A program made the position numbers and the translations under genes. Shown one piece after another: positions 20,024-29,015 of a stretch of 32,000 bases of DNA. Origin of the DNA: Moritella sp. JT01 (GTDB taxonomy: Bacteria; Pseudomonadota; Gammaproteobacteria; Enterobacterales; Moritellaceae); NCBI RefSeq assembly GCF_001574435.1, contig NZ_LOCN01000033.1, forward strand, positions 6,408-38,407. Direction: 5' to 3'. Positions within the stretch are counted from its first letter, which is position 1, and every line of letters starts with the position of its first letter. A model generated the notes under the pieces. The model had not been told where the DNA came from. It searched no databases and saw only the letters and a list, made by a program, of their open reading frames with translations.

Positions 20024-20146
20024 TGGGCAATGATGTCTTGAACACTTGAGATACCGCCCAGTACGCCACAGCATGATTAGAAAGAAAACCAGCTTCTGGT
20101 GTCATTTCATCGCGGTGCTCACTACCAAGCTGCTCTACAACGCCAC
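20024..20146 (-). pseudogene. aroC: Relic of chorismate synthase gene (internal aroC fragment, about 41 codons, frameshifted)
   Basis: Hand alignment with 29781-29904 of the intact aroC gives 8 substitutions plus a 1-nt deletion (GCCAC-AGCATG vs GCCACCAGCATG), in the same orientation. The reverse translation [25 protein letters not shown] matches Aro[26 protein letters not shown] and then shifts frame. Homology ends sharply at 20146 and fades by about 20014. Confidence 0.85.
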
Positions 20147-20414
20147 GTGATTTTCGCATGGGTTCTCATAAGGCTGGTATGAGCATTGTGTCAGTGCTTT
20201 TTCTACCTGACACAAATACACCTTAAAAACCTAAAATATCAATAGTTAAGGTAAAATAACGACCGCTTAGAGAAGATAAACTGAGGCACTAAAATAGCAG
20301 TAATATAATTTAGATTTAAAGCCTTTGCTTCTTTGCAAAGACTCCAAGTTCTTGCTTTTTCATCATTACCTACCCTCAATATAATTAAGTTAATGATAGG
20401 TAATTCATAGTAAA

Positions 20415-22970
20415 TTAAGCGGGTTGTAGCGTTTCGCTAATGTCTGCCTTTTCCGTGGCAATGAGTCCATCACTTGGTAAAAACTCTTTACCCCAACCCA
20501 AACCTGCAATTTCTTCTTCGATCATAGCTGCAATCTCAGCTTTATCATAACCAACGCCAGCTAAAATCTCTTGTGTAGAATGACCAAATCGCTCCGTTGG
20601 AGTAACAGATTTAATAAATGCTTCTACTGGACGAATAGCATAATGATCAACTTGTGTTAATTTGTGGCCACTAGGGTGATTTGGATAGATAGAAAAAGCA
20701 TAGCTTCCCCTGTCTATCCCTGCTGTCCCATTAATTTCACGACTGTATTGTTTACGTAAATCTTCAATGTTACGGGGGATGACGGCTGCAATATCAATCT
20801 GGTGTAGCGCATCGATCCATGTTTGAGATTTTTTGGTTACCAAAATGCTTGTTAAAAATACTTTTTTATCTTGAGCATCAGTCAGTTTTTCTAAACCTGA
20901 GATAGTGGCTAATTTATCTTGCTCTTGCATGTTAGAGTCAATGAAAATCCAACCGTCTAGGGTCTTATAGAAGTGTGACAAAGCATTATTCCCAAGTGCA
21001 TCACGACCAGACGGTTCATTAAATGGTGCTCGGCCTTCATAATCAAAAGCAAATGGGAGTTGCGCTAAATTTGTTACAGCTGAAAGCGATGTTCTTGCAC
21101 GGCTTACTTCACCAGTACGTTGTAAATGGAATAACGATGTTGCCATCGCTAAACCGCCAGCGAAACCACAATTAACATCGAGAGTACCCAGATGAGCATG
21201 TTCTTCTGGCGTTGCTATTCCACCAAATCTGCTCATGATGCCACTGTTAGCTTGGATAATATCATCGTAACCAATATAGTTTGTTTTAGGGCCTTCCAAT
21301 GGACCACCTAAACAATCTAAACGGCAGAACAATATTTTTGGATTAATAGCTAATAGGCTTTCTGAATCTAGGCCTAAATGTACCATTTGTCTGCTTGGCG
21401 CATTAATTAAAACAATATCACTTTCTTGTACTAAACGATTGAATACTTCACGACCTTTGTTTGACATTATATCTATTAACGCGCTCTTTTTACCCATATT
21501 AGTTAGGAAAGTAAAAAACGTACCGATCAGTGGGTCATACATAGGAGAGACAGTATCAATTTTTGTTACTTCTGCGCCAAAACGTGTGAGTAATGCCGCA
21601 GCATGTGGTCCTGCAATAACGTTTGTTAAATCAAGGATTTTAATACCGTCTAACCAACCTTTATGACTAACAATTGTTGAAGCTTCGGGTAAGTTACGCG
21701 CAGCTTCGTTGACTGATAATAAATCTAAAGCACGTGCAACGGTCACATTCATACGTGCTGTCGGTGTGACCATATCTGTTGCACATTCTTCTAACCATGC
21801 AATTGGGCCTGGCTGTTTCATTAAACCATACTGTGAGTCTTCAACTTTAACAATAAGACCTGATTTTTCACAATGTTCACTGTTTACCCATTCTTGCGTG
21901 GTACGATGTGGTGCACCTGGAATCTTTCCTTCACCAAAAATCCCCCCCCATTCTTCAGATGTCTTTGTAAGGAATGCCACTTTCATTTTTGTTGATATAA
22001 TATCGGCCCATTTTTTAGGTAGTGGATAAACACCGATTGATGTTTCTCCATCCCATTCATTTGTTGGTAAATGTAGATTTTCAACTTCAGGTAAACCATC
22101 ACTAATAAGTTCTTCATAAATGCCTAATGCCTTTAATGCACGTTTTGCATGATTTCGATGTGATGGGCAAACGCAATAAAACATGCGGCCATCTGCACAT
22201 AAATATGTACGATAAAATGGGTCTAAGTACTCTTGAAGGTCCTCGTAACTTAAATCCATTTCGATATTGTTTGCTTGACGATATTCAATTTCATGATCAC
22301 GCATTGTTTTATAACGATTTGGTAAATTTTCAACAACATAAGAATTATATGATAAGCCTTCCATTAGCGCTGCAACAATTGGCACCTCTATATGATCACC
22401 TCGGCCGCTTTTTTCTCTGGCATAAAGCGCCAAAATAACAGCGCTTGCGGCAAGTACGGTTGCGTATGAAGAACCTAATGGCAATGGAGAAAAACTTGGA
22501 TTTAAACCCATCAAGACTCGGTTATACCCCATATCACTAAACGCACCGGATGCAGCTGAAACGATTGCTTCCGTTGCTTTCCAGCCACTACGCAGTTCAT
22601 CATTACTTGCAAACCCAGGTACAGATAATGTAACCAAAGCAGGATTTTCTTGGCGTAGTGTTTCAAAATCAATGCCTAATTTTTTCATTACACCAGGGCG
22701 AAAGCTTTCTAGTACAACATCCGCTTTTGCTATTAAGCTCAGCGCTTCTTTCTGTTGGGTTGGGTCTTTCAAGTCTAGACGAAGACAACTCTTATTACGG
22801 TTCAATATGGCGTTGGCAGGGTGATCCCAAAGAGGGCCTGTCGGTGGATCAATGTGAATGACCGTTGCGCCTAAGTCAGCGAGAATCATTGCAGCACCTG
22901 GGCCAGCTATTTGCTGACCAAAATCGATAATAGAAATACCTTTAAGTGGTAATTGAATTTGAGTTGTCAT
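20415..22970 (-). CDS. dddD: DddD-type DMSP CoA-transferase/lyase (two tandem class III CaiB/BaiF CoA-transferase domains)
   Basis: 851 aa. There are two CaiB-like repeats, each opening with the family motif: GISIIDFGQQIAGPGAAMILADLGATVIHID (aa 11-41) and GIKILDLTNVIAGPHAAALLTRFGAEVTKID (aa 442-472). This tandem architecture, plus the divergent BCCT / Fe-ADH / MmsA-like ALDH / LysR neighbours, equals the dddD / dddTBCR arrangement described for Marinomonas sp. MWYL1. Confidence 0.75.
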   Translation of the reverse strand: MTTQIQLPLKGISIIDFGQQIAGPGAAMILADLGATVIHIDPPTGPLWDHPANAILNRNKSCLRLDLKDPTQQKEALSLIAKADVVLESFRPGVMKKLGIDFETLRQENPALVTLSVPGFASNDELRSGWKATEAIVSAASGAFSDMGYNRVLMGLNPSFSPLPLGSSYATVLAASAVILALYAREKSGRGDHIEVPIVAALMEGLSYNSYVVENLPNRYKTMRDHEIEYRQANNIEMDLSYEDLQEYLDPFYRTYLCADGRMFYCVCPSHRNHAKRALKALGIYEELISDGLPEVENLHLPTNEWDGETSIGVYPLPKKWADIISTKMKVAFLTKTSEEWGGIFGEGKIPGAPHRTTQEWVNSEHCEKSGLIVKVEDSQYGLMKQPGPIAWLEECATDMVTPTARMNVTVARALDLLSVNEAARNLPEASTIVSHKGWLDGIKILDLTNVIAGPHAAALLTRFGAEVTKIDTVSPMYDPLIGTFFTFLTNMGKKSALIDIMSNKGREVFNRLVQESDIVLINAPSRQMVHLGLDSESLLAINPKILFCRLDCLGGPLEGPKTNYIGYDDIIQANSGIMSRFGGIATPEEHAHLGTLDVNCGFAGGLAMATSLFHLQRTGEVSRARTSLSAVTNLAQLPFAFDYEGRAPFNEPSGRDALGNNALSHFYKTLDGWIFIDSNMQEQDKLATISGLEKLTDAQDKKVFLTSILVTKKSQTWIDALHQIDIAAVIPRNIEDLRKQYSREINGTAGIDRGSYAFSIYPNHPSGHKLTQVDHYAIRPVEAFIKSVTPTERFGHSTQEILAGVGYDKAEIAAMIEEEIAGLGWGKEFLPSDGLIATEKADISETLQPA

Positions 22971-23450
22971 GATTAGATTCCAATTATATGAATTTCGATT
23001 TTATGATGTAAATTATTAATATCGTGTTCTTTCAAACGGATACTATTAGCAAAATAAAAATCAGACCAGCAACAAAAATTTAACCTTAGATGTGTTTTTT
23101 TTTATGGCTAAAAATAAAGTGACAAGTCTCATATTCTTACTTGTAAATCTTTGACATTTTCCTTTAAATAACAAAATACCACCTACGAGGTACCATTAAA
23201 CCACTGTTTTATAACTATAAAAAAACTATGACCATAGAGGTGATTTAAATTACTTTTCAATCACAGGTAACTGCTTAACAATGCAAACACTGAATTTATG
23301 ACCTGTTATTAAGTTTCAGCATCACTTTATTAACATTTATGACAGGGGTTTCATTGTTGTAAATTACGTATTAAAAGCCGAAATACAATACGGTGATATA
23401 TGACATTGTTGGTAGGTAATAATATTGATACATAATCTAAGGAGCTGTTT
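22971..23450. promoter_or_regulatory. 480-bp divergent dddD / dddT control region with repeated TATGAC boxes
   Basis: AT-rich and ORF-free. TATGAC occurs at 23227, 23297, 23338 and 23399. The 9-mer ATTTATGAC occurs exactly twice (23294-23302, 23335-23343). A strong SD AAGGAG lies 7 nt before the dddT GTG. Confidence 0.5.
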
Positions 23451-25010
23451 GTGAGTCATCAAAATATGATCGCGAAGGAAGGATTTTTTAAAGGTTCAAA
23501 TCCAGTCATGATGATTGGATCAGGGCTATTAATTTTATTTTTTATTATTTTTACAATTGTTGGTGGAGATTTTGCCAATACCATTTATAACAATTCAAAA
23601 CAATTTATTACAGATAATTTAAGCTGGTATTACATTGGTTTAATGAGCATATTTTTATTTATCTCAATCTGGTTGATTTTCAGTCGCTTTGGTAAAGTAC
23701 GCTTAGGCAAAGAGACTGATAGACCTGAATACAGTGATTTCGCTTGGTTTTCGATGCTATTCAGTGCTGGTATCGCCATTGGTATTCTATTCTGGAGTAT
23801 CGCAGAACCTATATATCACTACCAATCAAACCCCTTTGTCAGTGCCGCGATAGACCCTGAAGGTGCAAAACAAGTTGCGATGCGAGTGACTATTTTCCAT
23901 TGGGGATTACATGGCTGGGCTATATTCGCTCTTATTGGCTTAGCCTTATCTTATTTTTCGTATAATAAAGGACTACCACTGACGATACGTTCAGCATTGT
24001 ATCCGATATTTGGTGAAAAAATTTATGGCCCAATAGGCCACACAGCAGATTATCTAGCCGTGTTTGGCACTGTATTTGGTATTGCAACATCGCTTGGCCT
24101 TGGCGCTCAACAAATAAATGCGGGTATGAGCTATTTACTTGGTTTTGAAGTATCGACAGTCAATCAAATCATCATTATCGCCATTGTGTCAGTAGTCGCT
24201 ATCGGTTCGGTATTACTAGGTGTTGATAAAGGTATTAAAGTCATTAGTACCATCAATATGAAGCTGACGATTGTCATCCTGGTATTATTTTTGATACTCG
24301 GACCGACGGTTTATATTTTAAGTGAATTTGTACTTAATTTTGGTGATTATTTAACAAATGTTGTCGGACTTGGTTTTTGGGTTAACACTAATCCAGATGA
24401 CTCTTGGCAAGGTGATTGGACAATTTTCTATTGGGGTTGGTGGTTATCTTGGGCACCATTTGTTGGTGTATTTATCGCTCGTATCTCAAAAGGACGTACG
24501 ATTCGGGAGTTTGTAGCGGGAGTTTTAGTTGCACCAACAATAATGGGCGCGTTCTGGATCACCACATTTGGCTCTACTGCATTTTATTTAGAACAAGCAG
24601 GTGCAGGCATTATCGATGCGGTAAACACTGACATGACGATGGCCTTGTTTAAAACAATTGAAGCGATGGATGCAGGCTCAATAATTACCATCTTAATGGC
24701 TGTCATTTGTGTCGTAATGCTTGTGACCTATTTTGTCACTTCAGCAGACTCTGCGACATTAGTTATTTGTTCACTGGTGTGCATGGGTGAAAAAAATCCA
24801 TTACCAAGATACCGCATTTTCTGGGGCTGTGCGATAGGCGCATCTGCAGCAGTGCTGCTACTTGCTGGGGGCTTAAAGACATTGCAAACCGCATCAGTAT
24901 TGGCCGCACTACCATTTTCGTTCGTTATTATACTTTCTGTTATAGGCTTAATCCGTGCATTACATGAGGATTATCCAACTGAATCAGCAACACTTGCCGA
25001 GCTAAAGTAA
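23451..25010 (+). CDS. dddT: BCCT-family (betaine/carnitine/choline-type) transporter, probable DMSP importer
   Basis: 519 aa with a GTG start and a strong SD. BCCT signatures are FSRFGKVRLG, FAWFSMLFSAGIAIGILFWSIAEPIYHY and WTIFYWGWWLSWAPFVGVFIARISKGRTIREF. The genomic context is with dddD. Confidence 0.8.
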   Translation: MSHQNMIAKEGFFKGSNPVMMIGSGLLILFFIIFTIVGGDFANTIYNNSKQFITDNLSWYYIGLMSIFLFISIWLIFSRFGKVRLGKETDRPEYSDFAWFSMLFSAGIAIGILFWSIAEPIYHYQSNPFVSAAIDPEGAKQVAMRVTIFHWGLHGWAIFALIGLALSYFSYNKGLPLTIRSALYPIFGEKIYGPIGHTADYLAVFGTVFGIATSLGLGAQQINAGMSYLLGFEVSTVNQIIIIAIVSVVAIGSVLLGVDKGIKVISTINMKLTIVILVLFLILGPTVYILSEFVLNFGDYLTNVVGLGFWVNTNPDDSWQGDWTIFYWGWWLSWAPFVGVFIARISKGRTIREFVAGVLVAPTIMGAFWITTFGSTAFYLEQAGAGIIDAVNTDMTMALFKTIEAMDAGSIITILMAVICVVMLVTYFVTSADSATLVICSLVCMGEKNPLPRYRIFWGCAIGASAAVLLLAGGLKTLQTASVLAALPFSFVIILSVIGLIRALHEDYPTESATLAELK

Positions 25011-25070
25011 TAACAATCAAATAGCGAGGGGTTATTGGTTCCCCTCTATATTATAAATAGGAAGATAGTC

Positions 25071-26234
25071 ATGTCATCACAAGTAATATTACCACGCATA
25101 ATGCAAATTGGCGCTGGTGCAAGTAAAGATATAGTGAACGTTTTAAATAACTTGGGCGTATCTAAACCCTTGATAATTACAGATAAAATGATGGTCAAAT
25201 TAGGTTATGCAGCTCAAATCCAAAATGCATTAGCATTATCAAATCTAGCCGCTGAAATTTTTGATGACACGGTTCCAGAACCGACTGTCGCTTCGATTCA
25301 AAATGGTATCAATAAAGCTAAAAGTGGTGATTTTGATTGCTTAATCGCACTGGGTGGTGGCAGTCCGATTGATAGCGCGAAAGCAATCTCTGTTTTGTCA
25401 CAATTTGGTGGTGAAATGCGTGATTATAAAGTACCGAGGGTTGTTAGCGAGCAAGGATTACCCCTAATTGCAATTCCAACGACCGCTGGCACTGGTACTG
25501 AATGTACATGTTTCACGATTATAACCGATGAAAAGAATGATGAAAAAATGTTATGCGCAGGCGTTGGTTTCATGCCTGTTGCAGCATTGGTTGATTTTGA
25601 GTTAACCCTCTCATTACCAGCCCGAATTACCGCGGATACCGGCATTGACGCATTAACGCATGCGATCGAAGCTTATGTAAGTAGAAAATCGAATACGTTT
25701 AGTGACTCACAAGCTATCTCAGCGATGAAGCTCATCGCGCCAAATTTACGTAAAACATATCATGACGGTAATGATAAAACGGCACGTGAAAACATTATGT
25801 TAGGTTCTACGCTTGCTGGCATGGCGTTTTCAAATGCTTCGGTTGCACTTGTTCATGGCATGAGTCGTCCCATTGGTGCCGCTTTTCATGTACCTCACGG
25901 CTTATCTAACGCGATGTTATTACCTGCAGTTACCGCATTTTCTATTCCTGCAGCACCAGAACGTTATGCTAATTGTGCAAAAGCCATGGGCATTGCAAGT
26001 GAAACAGATTCAACTGATGTCGCCAATGAAAAATTGATTCTAGAACTTAAGGCTCTAAATGTTGAGCTTAACGTACCAACACCAGCTGAGTTTGGTATTG
26101 AGGGCACTAAGTACTTTGATTTGCTGCCTACAATGGCAAAACAAGCATTAGCGTCAGGCTCACCAAATAACAATCCTCGGGTTCCAAGCATTGACGAAAT
26201 GATTGCGATATATAAAGAGATTTGGGTTGATTAA
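25071..26234 (+). CDS. dddB: Iron-containing (group III) alcohol dehydrogenase, probable 3-hydroxypropionate dehydrogenase
   Basis: The track ORF starts at TTG 25035. The ATG at 25071 has SD AGGAAG and gives 387 aa starting MSSQVILPRIMQIGAG. Fe-ADH motifs are GGGSPIDSAKA, DALTHAIEAY and HGMSRPIGAAFHVPHG. Its position after dddT matches the Marinomonas cluster. Confidence 0.7.
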   Translation: MSSQVILPRIMQIGAGASKDIVNVLNNLGVSKPLIITDKMMVKLGYAAQIQNALALSNLAAEIFDDTVPEPTVASIQNGINKAKSGDFDCLIALGGGSPIDSAKAISVLSQFGGEMRDYKVPRVVSEQGLPLIAIPTTAGTGTECTCFTIITDEKNDEKMLCAGVGFMPVAALVDFELTLSLPARITADTGIDALTHAIEAYVSRKSNTFSDSQAISAMKLIAPNLRKTYHDGNDKTARENIMLGSTLAGMAFSNASVALVHGMSRPIGAAFHVPHGLSNAMLLPAVTAFSIPAAPERYANCAKAMGIASETDSTDVANEKLILELKALNVELNVPTPAEFGIEGTKYFDLLPTMAKQALASGSPNNNPRVPSIDEMIAIYKEIWVD

Positions 26235-26312
26235 TTACCCAACTTTTACATGTAGCATTTTATATTAATTTAAATATAGCGAATATTCGCTTATCAAAAG
26301 GGAAGAGCTCTC

Positions 26313-27854
26313 ATGAGTGAAGTAGTAATGGATAAATCTCAAGCGACAATAACAGAATTAACAACTATTGGTCAGCTGATTGACGGTGAAATGATTATTG
26401 ATGGTGAACGTAGTCAGCCTATCTTCAACCCATCGACAGGTAAGTCAGAAAAGAATATTGATCTTGCCAGTGTTGCAACTGTTGAAGCTGCGATTACAAG
26501 TGCTCAAGCGGCATTCCCTGCATGGCGTAATACGGCACCTATTAAGCGTGCTCGTGTTATGTTTAAATTTAAAGAATTATTGGAACAGAATGCAGAAAAA
26601 ATCTGCGAACTTATCGGCCAAGAACACGGTAAGATCTCTCATGATGCGATGGGTGAATTACAACGTGGTATTGAGAATGTGGAATACGCATGTGGTGCGC
26701 CAGAACTACTAAAAGGTGAATTTAGTAAAAATGTAGGACCAAGTATCGATTCCTGGAGCGAATTTCAACCACTTGGTGTGGTAACGGGTATTACACCATT
26801 TAATTTTCCTGTGATGGTACCTTGCTGGATGTTTCCAATGGCGATCGTGTGTGGTAACACATTCATTCTTAAGCCATCTGAACGCGACCCGAGCGCAACA
26901 CTATTCATTGCTCAGTTACTACAAGACGCGGGTTTACCAAAAGGCGTACTTAATGTCATTAATGGTGATAAAACCGCGGTTAATACACTATTAACAGATA
27001 AGCGTGTTCAAGCCGTTAGCTTTGTAGGCTCAACACCGATTGCGGAATATATTTATTCTACAGCAGCTGCTAATGGTAAACGTTGTCAAGCACTTGGTGG
27101 TGCTAAAAACCACGCCATCATTATGCCAGATGCTGACATGGACAACGCTGTAAATCAGCTTGTTGGCGCTGCATTTGGTTCATCTGGCGAACGCTGTATG
27201 GCATTATCTGTTGCTGTTGCTGTGGGCGACACAGCTGGTGACTTGTTGGTTGAAAAAATGACGATTGCAATGCAAGACTTAAAGGTAGGTCCATATAGCA
27301 ATCCAAAAAATGATTTTGGTCCTGTTATTACAAAAGCACATCAAGAAAAAGTAAATGCGTATATTGATAGTGCAGAAAAAGATGGCGCCACGATTGTTGT
27401 TGATGGTCGTAATCCTGAAGTGGTTGGATATGAAGACGGCTTTTATGTTGGCGGTACGTTAATTGATAACGTAACAACAGATATGTTGAGCTACAGAGAC
27501 GAGATATTTGGCCCTGTACTACAAGTTATTCGTGTTAATACAATGCAAGAAGCAATGGCGTTAATCGATGCTCATGAATACGGTAACGGTACCTGTATCT
27601 TCACGCGTGATGGCGAAGCTGCACGTTACTTCTCTGATCATATTCAAGTTGGTATGGTTGGTATTAACGTACCATTACCTGTACCAGTTGCTTATCATAG
27701 CTTTGGTGGTTGGAAACGTTCTTTATTTGGTGATTTACATGCGTATGGTCCAGATGGTGTTCGTTTCTATACTAAACGAAAAACAATTACCCAGCGCTGG
27801 CCTTCAACAAGTCTGCGCGAAAATGTTGAATTCGCAATGCCAACATTAAAATAA
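26313..27854 (+). CDS. dddC: Methylmalonate/malonate-semialdehyde dehydrogenase (CoA-acylating, MmsA family)
   Basis: 513 aa with SD GGGAAG. The ALDH catalytic region is FGSSGERCMALS (Cys), and the ILKPSERDP and GYFVGGTL-like stretches are typical of MmsA. Genomic context supports the call. Confidence 0.75.
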   Translation: MSEVVMDKSQATITELTTIGQLIDGEMIIDGERSQPIFNPSTGKSEKNIDLASVATVEAAITSAQAAFPAWRNTAPIKRARVMFKFKELLEQNAEKICELIGQEHGKISHDAMGELQRGIENVEYACGAPELLKGEFSKNVGPSIDSWSEFQPLGVVTGITPFNFPVMVPCWMFPMAIVCGNTFILKPSERDPSATLFIAQLLQDAGLPKGVLNVINGDKTAVNTLLTDKRVQAVSFVGSTPIAEYIYSTAAANGKRCQALGGAKNHAIIMPDADMDNAVNQLVGAAFGSSGERCMALSVAVAVGDTAGDLLVEKMTIAMQDLKVGPYSNPKNDFGPVITKAHQEKVNAYIDSAEKDGATIVVDGRNPEVVGYEDGFYVGGTLIDNVTTDMLSYRDEIFGPVLQVIRVNTMQEAMALIDAHEYGNGTCIFTRDGEAARYFSDHIQVGMVGINVPLPVPVAYHSFGGWKRSLFGDLHAYGPDGVRFYTKRKTITQRWPSTSLRENVEFAMPTLK

Positions 27855-27884
27855 GCCGAATAATAAGTTCGAGCCTGTTTATCT

Positions 27885-27930
27885 TTTGTCTGTAGCCGCA
27901 AAAAAGTTTAGTGCTACAGACAAATTATTT
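27885..27930 (+). terminator. Strong hairpin terminator after dddC
   Basis: Perfect 12-bp stem TTTGTCTGTAGC (27885-27896) / GCTACAGACAAA (27913-27924) with a 16-nt loop, followed by TTATTT. Confidence 0.65.
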
Positions 27931-28105
27931 GAACAATAAAAATATATTTTAACCCATTAACATATCTAACTTTTTATTTTCATTCCGAATTAAATTAAGT
28001 TGAGCATGCTCTTAATATAAGTTTTTTATCTTAGATCTAAGTCTAATAAAAGTTAATTTTAGCATGATAATATTCGCGACAACATGTCTCATTTATGGTT
28101 CTAAA

Positions 28106-28987
28106 ATGAAAAAAAATCTCCCACCTTTAAACTGGTTACGCTCTTTTGAAGCATCAGCTCGCCATTTGAATTTTACACAAGCGGCGAATGAACTGAATTT
28201 AACTCAAGCTGCAATTAGTACTCAAATAAAATGCTTAGAAGCTAATTTAGGTATGCCTCTATTTACACGTTTACCACGTGGTTTAACATTGACTGATTCT
28301 GGACAATCATACTTACCACCCGTTAGCGAAGCCATTAATAAACTTGCAGCCACAACAAATGAGATTTTTGGTGATAGCAAAAAAATAAAAATTACAGTCT
28401 GTTCTAACCTCGTATTTTTTTGCCAATGGTTAGCACCTAAAATGGCATCCTTTTATGAACAACATCCTGATATTCTCATCCGTTTTACGAGTAATATTTG
28501 GGCCAATGATCTTGATAAAGATTCAGATATTAATGTGGGATACGGTCATGGAAATTGGGACGGTTTTAGATCTGACAGGTTGACTTGGGATGAATTAATA
28601 CCAGTATGTAGCCCCACATTATTAAGTGGTATGCCAATCCCTAAATGCCCAAGTGAACTTAATGATCACTCTTTATTGCATGTTATTGGTTATGAAGAAG
28701 GCTGGGGACACTGGCTTAACGCTACTGGATTTCATGATATTAATACTGATAAAGGGATGACATTTGATACGTTAGTATCGGCATTTGAAATGGCAAAATA
28801 TGGTCATGGAATTGCACTCGGACGTAGTTCATTGGTAAAAAAATCAATACATAAAGGTGAGTTAATAGCCCCCTTTTCGCAAACGATACCGACAACAGAA
28901 GGTTTTTATTTAAAAACACCTACAAATAAAATTGATAATAAAAAAATTGAAACATTTAGACAATGGATTCTAAGTGAAATTTGTTGA
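28106..28987 (+). CDS. dddR: LysR-family transcriptional regulator (GcvA-like N-terminus), probable DMSP-responsive activator
   Basis: The track ORF starts at 28064. The ATG at 28106 gives MKKNLPPLNWLRSFEASARHLNFTQAANELNLTQAAISTQIKCLE, the canonical start and HTH of GcvA-type LysR regulators (293 aa). It is the last gene of the ddd block, as in Marinomonas. Confidence 0.75.
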   Translation: MKKNLPPLNWLRSFEASARHLNFTQAANELNLTQAAISTQIKCLEANLGMPLFTRLPRGLTLTDSGQSYLPPVSEAINKLAATTNEIFGDSKKIKITVCSNLVFFCQWLAPKMASFYEQHPDILIRFTSNIWANDLDKDSDINVGYGHGNWDGFRSDRLTWDELIPVCSPTLLSGMPIPKCPSELNDHSLLHVIGYEEGWGHWLNATGFHDINTDKGMTFDTLVSAFEMAKYGHGIALGRSSLVKKSIHKGELIAPFSQTIPTTEGFYLKTPTNKIDNKKIETFRQWILSEIC

Positions 28988-29015
28988 CCGTAATTATGTA
29001 GCCGATTAAATGTAA

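Noticed and set aside
20316-20366. 16-aa mini-ORF MMKKQELGVFAKKQRL on the minus strand, downstream of dddD
   Set aside because: It is too short, lacks an SD and overlaps a small hairpin (CTTTGC/GCAAAG). It cannot be supported from sequence alone.
21439-22861. Four plus-strand ORFs (75-106 aa) within 21439-22861
   Set aside because: All are antisense to the dddD candidate, and none has motifs or ribosome-binding sites.
26398-27849. Plus-strand ORFs 26398..26712 and 27568..27849, and minus-strand ORF 27121..27306
   Set aside because: They are alternative-frame or antisense ORFs inside the MmsA-family dehydrogenase gene, with no support.
20415-28987. Alternative reading of the cluster as a carnitine (cai) or generic betaine catabolic locus
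   Set aside because: CaiB is a single-domain protein of about 405 aa, and cai loci carry caiA/C/D/E and fix genes, none of which is present. The double-CaiB protein plus Fe-ADH, MmsA-like ALDH and LysR in this order is the ddd signature. Substrate specificity still needs experimental proof.
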